64,000 nt of DNA, from positions 682,001 through 746,000 of the forward strand of contig JBBPEB010000006.1 in assembly GCA_039096225.1 (NCBI GenBank). Direction: 5' to 3'. This stretch comes from Blastocystis sp. Blastoise (taxonomy: Eukaryota; Protista; Bigyra: Opalinata). A program made the translations under genes and the position numbers. Under the pieces are notes generated by a model. That model saw nothing but the letters and a program-made list of their open reading frames with translations, had not been told where the DNA came from and ran no database searches. Shown one piece after another: positions 12,270 through 25,306 of the stretch; the first letter of the stretch is position 1, and each line of letters begins with the position of its first letter.

Positions 12270-13480
12270 CAATGAGAACAAATCCATTTATACTTAAACA
12301 GCCAAGTCATCTTAAAACTGATTATATCAATCAAAATACATGTGTTAAACTTGTTTTATTGATTTAAACTCAATTTTAATAATTAAAAGTAAACAAACCA
12401 AACACACATGTTGACTTTAAAACTTTAAACTCAGTATTAAAAGATAATTTTTATAGAGTGGACATAAAATACTGATTTAAACAAAAATGAATGGAAACAA
12501 TCAACTCTTGATACAACTTTACCATTTGGCAAAACACTAATCCACAATATTTTCCAAAGTTCTTTTGATAAAGTATTTATATAGACATGTTATGTATAAA
12601 ATGAAAGTCAACTTCTTGAATCTCTTATTTTAGGACAGTCTTTAAAACATTTTGACAAATAGACAACCTTTAACTTGCTATTTAAAGCTAATATTTTAAG
12701 AGTAGACTTGACTTGGATCATTAACAACAACTGTCATCACCATAACACTTTTAAAGACACTTTACCATTTGGTCATACACTTTGATCAAAATATTTTTGT
12801 CCCTTTTTTTAACATAATATAGCTCATACACTCTAGTTTAATGAATAAACACTCTTATTTTGAATCTCGTCCTCTAAGTCACTCATTTTTACATTTTTCA
12901 AAATTTAAGACCCTTAGAGTTGATTTTTTGACTCAATTTTTCTACAGTGCACGAAATTCACGATTTTATATAAACTGAAGTAAAAATAAATTTTAAATAA
13001 TAGTCACAACCCTTCACACATCCACTCTCTAAAAATTATTTTCTTTGTACTTTTGATATGTTGTAGAGCTACTACAGCTGTACACTAATTAATATCTCTA
13101 AATTTTTTATTCACAGTTTAAGACTATGTTTTACACATTCTTTTGAATTTGACAACCTTAAACTATTTATTTAAAGCTCTTATTCATAAAATAGACTTGA
13201 TATAAGATTCCATACACATATAGAAACCCTTTTACTTTTTAAGACACATTTTGTCATTTGGTGATACACTTTGACCTTCATAATTTTGACTCTCCTTTTA
13301 ACATAGTATAGAGTATTATCTCTAGTTTACTAAACAAAAGTCATTATATTGAATCTTATCCTCTAAGACCACTTAATTCACATTTTTCAAAATTGTGACA
13401 CTCAAACTCATTATTTTAAGACTTTGTTTTAACTATAGTAGTTTGAGGACCTATCAATTACAATACTGTAATATTAGTCA
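12270..13480. repeat. Diverged ~245-bp tandem repeat (about 5 units, dimeric higher-order pattern) in the Helitron 5' half
   Basis: CATTTGG..ACACT at ~12523, 12766, 13255; TTGAATCT at ~12617, 12860, 13349; GACAACCTT..TATTTAAAGCT..TAGACTTGA at ~12662 and 13151. Confidence 0.75.
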
Positions 13481-13770
13481 ATTATAAGAAGATCGAAGAA
13501 AATATCGATCACTCAAAAATCGTCCTCAGGAGCTGAAAATTGGTACACCTAGGTTTTTCGACCTCCTGAATCAGAATATGATGTCAAAATAAGAATCTAA
13601 ATTTGACCGTTAAGGCCTCACGTGTTCAATATGAAAAAGTATTAAAAAGTAGATAAATATAAAGAATAAACACGGATAACGTATATTGTGGGATTGAGAA
13701 AAAATCAAGTTTACCCCATGTTTATTTTCCAATTGTCTGGTCAACAATTTTTATCGGGGTCATCCCAAAG

Positions 13771-13995
13771 AGCCAATCAAAAACGACTCAAAAATCATGT
13801 TTCCTGTTCTTTTATTAATAACTTTTTAATTATAAATAATATCGCTTAACCAAATATATGGTGCACAACTACAGCTTATATCGTATTGAACTGTGTTTCA
13901 ACCAAAAGTTAACTTCCCGTAAGTTTAGAGGAGTTGTGGGTACAAACTTGAGTATATAGTAGCCAATCAAATGCATTCTCCAAAAACTGACCAAT
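13771..13995 (+). promoter_or_regulatory. CCAAT-box cluster near the Helitron 5' terminus
   Basis: AGCCAATCAAA at 13771 and 13961; GACCAATG at 13989. Confidence 0.45.
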
Positions 13996-14039
13996 GGGAA
14001 TTTTTTTGCCTATTCTCATATATATAGTAATGATGTACA

Positions 14040-14280
14040 CTCTACTCATTATATTGGATATACTACTACTAATTCTATTATACTTACTATATTTATCTAC
14101 TACTTGTCCTCTATATATACTCTTTATTTTGAGAATAATATTACTACTATTTATTATATCTACTATTTGTCCTCTATATACTTTTATATTGGAAATAATA
14201 CTACTCCTAATGATTATATATTTACTACTTGTCCTCTATATACTTTTATATTGGATATAATACTCATACTTCTACTTTAT
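14040..14280 (+). repeat. ~62-bp tandem repeat (about 4 units), probably in the retrotransposon 3' UTR
   Basis: CTACTA(C/T)TTGTCCTCTATATA...TTTATATTGGA.AT repeated. It starts immediately after the Helitron 5' end. Confidence 0.75.
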
Positions 14281-14541
14281 ATTATACTTATATTTCTATA
14301 TATTCTTTAATTATATTTATTCTTTATACTCTATTTTATTTTTTAATAAATTAATTTTTCTGTTACTGATATTTTCTTTTATCAGTTCTATTGTACTATC
14401 TATTCTCTCATAGATAGATTTTTCTTCTTTTTCTATTAATTACTATTAATTAAACTCTTATATTAAATTATTACTTAAAAACTTATTCTATTACTTATTA
14501 ACCTTCAATATGAATTAAATTATATTAATTATATATATATA

Positions 14542-15150
14542 GTCGTGATATGAAAGGTATATTGTACCTATACATCAGCTATATCCCAGAAATGCTTGGG
14601 AGGTGTAAAAATTGTGTTACTAGATCTGGTATCAGTACACAAATCCCATTCAGAGAGTCCTATTGGTTATTTTAAGGTGCATACGAAATACATGTGTTGT
14701 GATATCCCCGCGGTAAAACATACTTAAACAAAACAAAATGAACAAATGTTATTAAATGATATTTTAAATTTATTTTAATTTTTTTTATGTTCTTTTTCTG
14801 TTTGTGTACCGTTCTCTCTGGTACAAATGGTTACTTTAATTGGCTAACACTTGGGGTTCGATCCCCCTATCAGGCGTTTCTTTTTTACATTTTTTTTGAA
14901 TATTACATCGATTTCTTTATATCTTTTTAGTTGACGTTTTCTAAGTTAAGTAATGCATATAGATGCCACCGGTGAAGTTCCGGAACGAAACTCCAAGTGA
15001 ATTATTTTCTGTTGATCAAAAGACACTGAAGAAGTGTTATTTGATTATGGCATCTATGCTAGACGGAACTCAGACCAGAATTCACGTATTCTTAGTAACT
15101 TAAACTAAAAGAAAGGATGATATCCAATGTAAATAAAAAATGTACAGAAA
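14542..15150 (+). ncRNA. ~600-nt structured cassette (distal retrotransposon 3' UTR and/or independent ncRNA)
   Basis: Hairpins AGGTA/TACCT (14555-14569), TCCCA/TGGGA (14584-14601), TTGTG-TACT-GAT/ATC-AGTA-CACAA (14612-14642). Then an A/B-box unit and a long closing stem (14886-14945 with 15091-15144) around three interleaved helices. Confidence 0.5.
14812..14886 (+). other. tRNA-like Pol III internal promoter unit (A box, B box/T-arm, T-run); not a canonical tRNA
   Basis: A box TGGTACAAATGG (14819-14830), T-arm GGGG-TTCGATC-CCCC (14853-14867), TTTCTTTTTT (14877-14886). Acceptor and anticodon stems do not pair. Confidence 0.55.
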
Positions 15151-15199
15151 ATCACAATCACAAATTTTTTAAAAATTCCCGTGAATATATCTTTGATTC

Positions 15200-16204
15200 T
15201 CTTTTTCAGAACAGTATTTTTTCCAGATGATTCGTTTTATCGATGTCTAAGTAATAAGAATAAACATAATGCATATGTTGTTGTATCTTAAAGAACTTTA
15301 TTCATACAAAAATAACATTTTAAAGTGAAATTATTAATTGATTTCTATGAAGATCATTCTTCTTTTAGGAATCACTAGGAATTGATACGTACATCTTCTC
15401 AAAACAATTAAAAATATGTCAAAAATAGAATCACTAATGAAATGATGGACAATTATAAAAATATTCCTTATATTATTTCACTTATTATTTTATAATATTT
15501 TCATAAAAACAATTATATTATGATGTTACAATAAGATTGATTACAGGTCTTTGTTAGCTAGTAGTATTCAAATTCTTTTTTATTAGTTTATGGTGAAAGC
15601 ATTAACAAAGTTATATGATTTATTTGTCCTTCTTCATTGTTTTCATTGATATACTACATTATATGTGGATTATTTTAAATTAATTAATTCATTAAACACA
15701 GAAAATTTCTATTTTTTTTTGAATCATCTATTTTTCTGCTTTTAAATGATGAATAGTTAACACTGTGTATATTTTTCTTTTAAATACATGCCAAACTGAG
15801 TGATTATGAGCTATCTAATAATAAATCTAATATAAAAGAACACTATAAATAGAATAATATTCAAATATGCCTAATAATTATTGATTTGTTTTTTGAAATA
15901 TACTATTAATATATCACGTATAATTTCTTGTATTCTATATGACCATAAAATTCAAATTACAATAAGATGATGATCACTACTTGATAATGTTTTTGAAGAG
16001 AAACAAATATTGTTTGGACAATTCAAAAAACAATTATTTAGAACAATAGTATTGAATGGACTTTTTAACTGATACCCTATTTGAATCATTACCTTCATAT
16101 ATATTTACAAAAATATTGCAAAAAAACAGTTGTCTTCATGTCTTCCATAAGACTTTTTGGATGTTTGTATGTATCCTGAAGCAAATGTTCGCATAGATAA
16201 TTAA
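15200..16204 (+). pseudogene. Possible decayed coding sequence
   Basis: Coding-like composition in broken frames (e.g. ...DFLDVCMYPEANVRIDN*). No long ORF and no recognisable family. Confidence 0.2.
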
Positions 16205-16534
16205 CCTATAATAACAAAATGTATCTATAAGTAACTAAGAAAAAAAACAAAATTGTGAATCAAAGATAAATTTCTATAGTTTCTAATTTATCATAAAGTA
16301 TATGTTATAGGTGCTAAATCATAAAAAAAAACATATTTTAAGATGTAAATAAATAGAATAATATAACAGAGAAACAGAAACAAGTGGAATAAAAAAAGGA
16401 AAGTGATTGAGAAAATGGTAACGAAAGTATATGAATATCAAAAAGAGACTGACTACTTTGCAAACATTCTTTTCTTTTTTATTATTTAATAGGTTTTATA
16501 CTCAATTTTGGTCATTTTTGTCTAGGATTTAGCA

Positions 16535-17352
16535 ATGTTCAGATATCTTGCTGTAGCTAAGAACGCTGTAAAGCCTTCTTTGTCTCTTTCACAACCTATG
16601 TTTGCTCGTTTTTCTCATGTTGGTAAAACTTGGCAACATTATGATGAACCTGGTAATCATGTTGATACTCCTTTTGATTTTACTGCTGAGAATTACAAGA
16701 AGATTGAAAGAACATTAAGCAGATATCCCAAAGCTTACAAGCAATCTGGTACTATTCCTCTTTTAGATATTGCTCAAAGACAAGTATTTCTATAATAGAT
16801 CTATTTCTTTGTTTTTATATATTTTTCATAATTATTTATAAATTTTTCTATATTATTTGTATTTTTCATAATTATTTATATTTTTCCAAACCAAATTGAT
16901 AACTTAAACATATTATTATTTATATATTTATCTTCATACTATTATTGTTTTCATCAATAGGTTTGGGAACAAACAGGATCCAATTTCCTTCCTGTAGCTG
17001 CTATGAATAAAGTTGCTGAAATTCTTGAAATCCCTCCTGTAAAAGTTTATGAAGTTGTTTCCTTCTATACTATGTTCAATCGGTATTTATATTGTTATAT
17101 GTTTTTTATAAATTTATTTGTTTTATATTTTTACATTTATTTGTTTTATATATTTTTAAATTTATTTGTTTTATATATGTTTAAATTTATTTGTTTATTG
17201 TTTATAATAAATTCTAAGTTAAATGCTGTTGTATATATAGTTTTTTACTTTTTATTTTATTTACATAATGTTATATTTTAATTTCTTTTTATTTCTAATA
17301 TATGATTATTTAAATAATGATTATATACTCTATATATATTATTGATTAACTC

Positions 17353-17404
<52 letters not shown>

Positions 17405-18410
17405 TGAAAAGCGTGGTAAGTGGTTAGTTCAAGTATGTGGTACTACTCCTTGTATGCTCTGTGGTAGTGAAGACTTAAAGAAACATATTTCCGATATTCT
17501 TGGCATTCAACTTAATGGTATATATAATGTAGCCTTTATTATTATTTTTTTTTTGTTTTTTATTTTTTTTTATTTTTTTTGAAAAATCATGTATCAGCTA
17601 TTTTTTATTAATATATATACTATATATCTATATATCTATATAGAAACTACTAAGGATGGTAAGTTTACATTTGTTGAAGTTGAATGTATGGGTTCCTGTA
17701 CTAATGCTCCTATGGTCTGTATTAATGATGATTATTATGTATATATATATATTTATTATGAATATTATTGTTGTTATGTATTTTCTTTTTATTATTTTTC
17801 TTATTATTTATTTTCTTATAATTTATTTTCTTATATATATTTTTTATTATTTTAAATGACATTATATTATTTGGAATTCCTATATATATATATATGAAGA
17901 TTTAGATCGTGACTCATTCCAAAAGATCGTTGATTATATTAATGAACATGATGCTCTTCCTCCTCTTAACTATAGTGGTAGTAAACCCATGAATGGACAG
18001 GAATCCTGTGAAGGACCTCATGGACAAACTGTTCTTACTGGAGATATTCGTGGTATATATATATATATATTATTTTGTAATCATTAATTATTATTATTAT
18101 TATTTATATATTTATATATAGTATAGTTTGTATTAATACATATTATAATAATAATAATAATAATTATTATTATTTTATTATTATTAGAAATATATATATA
18201 TTTCATTTAATTATTATTATTATTACTACTTATATTTCATAGTTTTTAATCATTCTTTTATATAAAATTATTTTATTTATATAAATATTATCTATATATA
18301 TATACTATAATTCATTGAATCTAGGTCAATATTGTCGTGAATTACCTGAAAAGAAAGTCAGTCCTAAACAAGTATACTTAGATATGTATGGTGATCTTGC
18401 TGATAAGTAA
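16535..18410 (+). CDS. NDUFV2: NADH dehydrogenase (complex I) 24-kDa subunit, mitochondrial/MRO; multi-exon
   Basis: Presequence [10 protein letters not shown]..., then [48 protein letters not shown] ([2Fe-2S] cysteines). Stop TAA at 18408-18410. Confidence 0.96.
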
Positions 18411-19125
18411 AAGAAATAAACACTGTGAAATTAACAATATTTTATATTACTTTTATTTTAATATATATATATTATATTGATGGATTATGTATACTTTTTT
18501 TTCTCATTTTCATGTTATATATAATAATATTTTCTTAATTCTTTTTTATTTGCTTTATAAACATAAAATCATAAATCTATAAAATTATTTTCTTGTTTAT
18601 GTTATATTTATTGAAAACTAGGTTTGTATATAATATTCAATAACATTTCAAACTATATATATATGATCGTAAACATATTTAATGATTATTAGTACTTCAT
18701 TGAATATATTTGTATCTATCTAAACAAATATAACAATAAAAATATATTAACTATACGGAATAGGAGTTTATAAATAGATAAAAAATAACATTACCACATC
18801 ATTAGCTGCTAAAATACGAAATTATTATATGTTGTGGAGTATCTTTAATCTATTTTCTGTTGCAAAGTTATTATACTTTATTTAAAGTCTAAGTATGTAT
18901 AAAGCATGTCAGTTTTAATGAAAAAAGAAAAAGAAGAAAAATAATCGTGAGGAAAACTAAAAAACTGTGTACACTACAAAAAATAATCAGTATTGACGAG
19001 TCATGGCATCATTTTTTATCCTACATAATTCTCGACAAGAGGGCATTTCTGTTTAGACTGCTTTTACAAACAAATATTAATTCTATTCTGTTTATTTCGT
19101 TTTGATTTCAACTTTTTTTGAATCA

Positions 19126-19657
19126 ATGGATGCTGAAAACGGTAGTGCTACAAAACAACAACCTGCTTGGATTCCTCCAAGACCTATGAAGTCTTATGAT
19201 GACTTTTGGAAATTAACTTATCCAATTAAAGTCTATAACAGTTTAACTAGAACTAAGGTTCCTTTTGTTCCTCTTGATCCTAGAAGAGTTTTGTGGTATA
19301 GTTGTGGACCTACTGTTTATGATGTTTCTCATATGGGACATGCTAGGTATGTTTTTTTGTTTTAATCACATTATAGGAGTATTATTCATATTTTGTTTTT
19401 ATTATATTAGTTAATATACATTTATATATAGAACTTATTTATCTCAAGATATTATTATCAGAATTCTTCGTGAATATTTTGGTTATAATGTTATTTTTGT
19501 TATGAATATTACTGATATTGATGATAAAATTATTAAACGTTCTAATGAACGTAATATTAAATTTGATGAACTTGCTCGTAAATATGAATTAGAATTCTGG
19601 GAAGATATGCAACAACTCGGTTGCCATAAACCTGATGTTATTACTCGTGTTTCTGAA

Positions 19658-19740
<83 letters not shown>

Positions 19741-20233
19741 TTAATTATTATACTTTAAAAAAGAAATATTATATATACTTTTTAAAATTATGCTTTAAAA
19801 ATATATTCTATATTCTCTTTTTATACTTTAAAATTAATATATTCTTTATGCTCTCTTTTTTAAAAATTATTGTTCTTTAAAAATAGTATATATATTGATA
19901 AACTAGTTTAAATATTCTTTATTATATACTATTTTAATTATAAAAAATTATATATAAATATAATTATATGATTTTATTTTTTTGTTAGATATAATTATTA
20001 TGATACTATTTATGATGCTATTTATAATACTATATTCTATTAATTATGATTATAATACTATTTATAATACTATTTATTATGCATCCTATGCTTATGCTAA
20101 CTATATAGTATATTCCTGAGATTATCCAGATGATAGAGGATATTATAAAGAATGGCTATGCTTACGAGAGCAATGGATCCGTGTATTTTGATGTCAATGC
20201 TTTCGCCAACAAACAACCTTACGGAAAACTAGG

Positions 20234-20265
<32 letters not shown>

Positions 20266-20964
20266 TATATATATATATATATATATTAAATACTAATATT
20301 ATATATTATATTAAATACTAATATTATATATTATATTAAATACTAATATATTCTATATTATTTTTTACTATTTTTAAAATGTTGGTTTTTATTTTTGTGC
20401 TTATATAATGCTTTTTAATTTTTATGATATATTTATTACTATTCTATAATTCAATATTTTATACTATACTATTCTCTTTATATATATATATATATATATA
20501 GTACCAGAGAATGTAGGTAATGTAAAGGAAAGTGGTGAAGATGAAGAAGCCGAAAAAGGAGAAAAACACAACGGAAGTGATTTCGCCCTATGGAAAAAGT
20601 CGAAAGAAGGAGAACCTAAATGGAATAGTCCTTGGGGTGAAGTATATAATATATATATTTTATTGTAGTGTTTTTTTTTATTTATATTAGTTTTTTTTTT
20701 ATCTAAATGTTTGTTATATTTATATTTATATTTATATTTATATTTATATATCTCTATCTCTATATCTATCTATATCTCTATATATCTCTATATCTATATC
20801 TCTATAAAGGGCCGTCCAGGTTGGCATATAGAGTGTAGTGCTATGTCAGGTGCTATCTTTAAGACTATAGGTACAGGGGTTATAGATGTACATAGCGGAG
20901 GTATTGATTTAAGATTCCCTCATCATGATAATGAAATGGCACAAAGTGAAGCTGCCTTTGGAAC

Positions 20965-21001
<37 letters not shown>

Positions 21002-23218
21002 CTTATTATATTTATTATCACACATATTATATTTATTATCACACATATTATATTTATTATTATTGTTATTATCACACATATTATATTTATTATTATTGTT
21101 ATTATTTATTAATATTCTCTATAAGAATTATTTTAAATCTATATTATATAATATTATTACACTATATATATAAAGACAGAGTGTAAATTATTTCTTACAT
21201 ACAGGTCATTTAAATATTGAAGGTTTAAAAATGTCAAAATCATTAAAGAACTTCATTACTATAAAACAATCTTTAGAGAATTATACTGCTACTCAAATGA
21301 GATTATGTTTCTTATTACATCGCTGGAATACTACTATGAATTATAGTGATGGTGCCTTAGAAGAAGCTAAAACTAAAGATAAAATGTTTAATGAATTCTT
21401 CCATAATATTAAAGCTATACTAAGAAATACAAATGTTGATTGTAAACAACATTGGAATGAAGCAGAAGTCACCTTAAATAATGCTTTATTAAAATGTAGA
21501 CAAGATGTCTTTGTATATTGTTATTATTATAGTTATTTATATATTTATTTATAGTTATATTTGTTATATATATATTATTATTATTATATTTATTTATATA
21601 TTTATTTATAGTTACATTTGTTATATATATTATTATTATTATTAGATTTATATATTTATTTATAGTTATATTTGTTATATATATATTATTATTATTATTA
21701 TTATTTTATTTTTCTATATATGAACTTTCTTATATAAGTATATATGATTTATTTTCAATTTTTGCTAATAACCACGATTATAGGATCATTTATGTGATGA
21801 TTTTGATACTCCTTCTGCTATGAGTGATTTAGAAATACTTATCAAGGCTTGTAATAAATATATATATATATATATTATTATTATTATTATTATGCTTATG
21901 ATGATTGCTATTATTATCTGAGATATTATTATTATTATTATGATTATTATTATACTTATGATTATGATTATGATTATTATATAGATATATGGAGGGATCT
22001 ATTGTTCCTCCTCTTCTTACTTCTGCAGCTGAATATGTTACTAAGATGTTAAAGGTATATATATATATACAGATATCTTTTAATTATAATAAACATAATA
22101 ATAATCATAATAATAACCATAATAATAATATATAGATCTTTGGTGTTATTGATAATCAAGTGAATATCAGTTATAACCGCGGGGGAGATGATGATTCTGT
22201 AGGGAACAAAGAAGAGGTTTTAACTCCTTTTATTAATACACTTAGTACATTTAGAGAACAAGGTATATATATATATGATTCTATTATTATAATTATATAT
22301 ATATATATATATATAGTTCGTTCTCTTCGTAATGATCCTAAAGCCCTTCTTAATCTTTGTGATCAAGTATATATATTATTATATATATAACTATATATAA
22401 GTTATATATATATAACTCTATATAACTCTATATATATATATAGTTGCGTGATGACGTATTACCTTATCTTGGAGTTCGTTTAGAAGATACAAATGATAAG
22501 ACTATTTGGAAATTAGAAAATAAAGAAGATCTACTTAGAGAACGTGAAGAAAAGAGTATATATATATTATTATTAATATATATGTTAATGAGATATAATG
22601 ATTATATATATATATATATGTTATTGAGATATATTAATATATGTGTTACTATACAATAATTTTATAATATTCATATTTATTCATATAACAATCGAAATAT
22701 ATATCTATAAAACTATTATATCTCTATATTAATATATATATAACTATATATATAAATAGTTCGTGTTGAGAAAGAAAAAGAGGAGTTAAAACGCAAACAG
22801 AAGGAAGAGAAAGAGAAGAAACAACGTGAAAAAGAAGAGAAGATGAAAGTGAATCCAGTTGATATGTTTAAAGGAATGACTGATTTATATTCAGCTTGGG
22901 ATGAAAAGGTATTCAGACTCTATAATTATATAATATTATTATTATTTAAATATTGTTGATTGGGATATATATAATGATTATTATAAAAATTAAATATTTA
23001 TATAAAAATAAATTATATATATATTATATATAATGATTATGTTATTTAAATATTTATATAAAAATAAATTATATATATATATATAGGGTATACCTACAGC
23101 TGATAAAGAAGGAACTCCTCTCGCAAAATCCGCTTTAAAGAAAATTATGAAGTTATATACTGCTCAAGAAAAGTTATATAATGAATATTTATCTTTACAA
23201 CAAGCTAAACAAGAATAA
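19126..23218 (+). CDS. CARS: Cysteinyl-tRNA synthetase, cytosolic eukaryotic type; multi-exon
   Basis: [74 protein letters not shown]. Confidence 0.97.
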
Positions 23219-23601
23219 GTATTATATATATTTATATATATATATAGAATCATTTTAATTTATGTTGTTATTAAGAATACTTATTTCTTTATTTAATTGA
23301 TTTTTATAGTAATTTTATTAGTATTTTTTTTTAATATTGTCTGGTTAATTCTATATTGTTATCATTTTATGAGTTTATATATATCTTTCTTGTAAATACT
23401 TGAAATATTGCTATAAAATGAAACAAAAACTTTAAACAATACTCAATAGACATGTGAATAATAAAAACAGATTATTTATATTTATAAATAAATGGAAACT
23501 AATAGAAACTCACAATTTTTCCATATAGAAAGAAATATAAAAATGAATTATATATATATGAAAATGAAATAAGAATTCATGATATATTAAAATAATGAGA
23601 G

Positions 23602-23877
23602 CTACATAATTGACTTTATACCAGAAGCCATTAAAATAAACATAAATAAATATTTTAATTTTTTAGCATCACATTTCATAGCTAATTTCGGACCAACATA
23701 CCCGCCAAGAATAGTTCCCGCCATAAGAGGGATTAAAATGGGGGTCATTAAGTGACCTAAACGATAATGAGTATAAGCACCAGTAAATGAAGGAATAACT
23801 ACAGAAGCAAGAATATGTATATATTTAGTTATATTTAAATAAATCTTATTAGTGTTTTAGATGATAAAAAATTAAGT

Positions 23878-23940
<63 letters not shown>

Positions 23941-25034
23941 TATGCAAGAGTAGTTCCTACAACTTTTTGTTGTTCTAATTCTGTGAATATACATAAAGCA
24001 GGAGTAATAACACTGCCTCCACCAACACCAAAGAATCCACTAATAAATCCACTAAATACACCAGTACCTAATAATGTTCTCCATTCAGTAGTAGCCATTG
24101 TGCCTTCCATTAATTTATGAATAAATCGTTTCCATATAGTTTGTTCTTGATCATTAGTAGTAGTAGTAGTAGAAACAGTAGTAGTATTATTAATATTATC
24201 AGTAGTATTAGTAGTAGCAGTAATACTATCATTAGTAGTAATATCATTATTAATATTATTATTAGCAATAGTAGCATTAATATTATTATTATTATTATTA
24301 TTAATAGTAGAAACAGGAGTAGGTTGAGAAGAAGGTAATGTAGATAAAGTAGATTGTTGTTCAAGTTGTTTCTTCTTACTATATTCTAATAAATAACTCT
24401 TTAAAGGAACAGTTGGTGCAATAAGAATACTAAACCAACCAAAAATCTTCTTTAATGTACGGCTATTAAATCGTCCAGTAAATCGTGCACTACATTGAGA
24501 TAAAATCATAGCTGTACAAGTTAAGACTAAAGCAGCAGGAACATCTACAGCACCATTTTGATAATATGTAACTGCACTAGTTAAACCAGTAGCAACAATA
24601 GCAGCTAAACTAGTACCTTGTGCCATATGTTGAGAAGCACCAAAGAATCCAGTTAACATAGGTATCATAATAAAACCACCACCTAAGCCAACCATAGATC
24701 CAAGACCACTAGCTACAAAACCAATACCAAATGCAAATGCCCATTTTTGAGGTTTAGAATAAGTTTTTTTAGCTTTTACAGCAGATTCAGCAGTATTCTT
24801 GGTAGCAGCTTCATTTAATGTTTTAGGAATAGATTCTTCAATGACTTTATTTGCTTGCTTAGATACATCTTGTGCAACTTTTGTAATATTTTCTGAAACA
24901 TTCTTTTCAATTTGTTCAGCAAATGTTCTTATAAAAGCATTATTTGGTCTAAAAATGACTCTTTGAGTAGATTGAGGAAGAGTAACAAGGCATCTTGTTA
25001 CAGGTCTATAAAGTTTAGGGATAGCACGAAACAT
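23602..25034 (-). CDS. TauE/SafE (DUF81) sulfite-exporter-family membrane protein with mitochondrial-type presequence; one intron
   Basis: Two GlGGG repeats (GSMVGLGGGFIMIPML; SGFFGVGGGSVITP), GTSLA/GTTLA motifs, Arg-rich acid-free N-terminus. Last exon ends at TAG 23604-23602. Confidence 0.88.
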
Positions 25035-25306
25035 CGCTTGATAAAAACTCAATAAATTCTTAGAAAAGAATTAGAAAATAAGGAGTTTACAATCAAGAAA
25101 TAATTAAATAAATTTAAGACTCTACAAAAACCAGAAACTTAATTAATCACGGGAAGTTTTCATTAATCGAGAAACTATTAAAGATTATTCGTAGAAGAAT
25201 CACATTTGTAGAATAAAAAAGAGTTTCCTTTGTATATCAGAGGGTTCACGAATTAAACTCAATTATTCTTAATTAGAATATATATACATATAGTCAGTAC
25301 CATTTT

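Larger units (their letters stand above)
1910..14033 (-). mobile_element. Full-length autonomous Helitron (~12.1 kb)
   Basis: Minus-strand 5' end reads A|TCATTACTATATATATGAG (TC at 14033-14032). The 3' end has a GC-rich hairpin then CTAG|T (1913-1910). Inserted between A and T with no TSD; intact Rep-helicase ORF inside. Confidence 0.88.

Noticed and set aside
13525-13600. Resemblance of GAGCTGAAAATTGGTACAC...TTTTCGACCTCCTGAATCAGAATATGA to motifs in animal interspersed repeats
   Set aside because: Recollection only; it needs a Dfam/Repbase search.
1910-14033. Fanzor/TnpB, RPA or endonuclease cargo in the Helitron
   Set aside because: No RuvC, OB-fold or APE motifs in any reconstructed exon or ORF.
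14812-14880. Functional tRNA gene (or vault RNA / U2 snRNA)
   Set aside because: A and B boxes are present but acceptor and anticodon stems do not pair; short matches such as GGTTACTT and TTGGCTAA are too brief to assign.
14950-15095. RNase P/MRP RNA, SRP RNA or HDV-like ribozyme
   Set aside because: The helix order partly recalls P2/P4, but there is no P3 hairpin, no bulged-U P4, no SRP helix-8 motif and no HDV P3/L3/J4-2 pattern.
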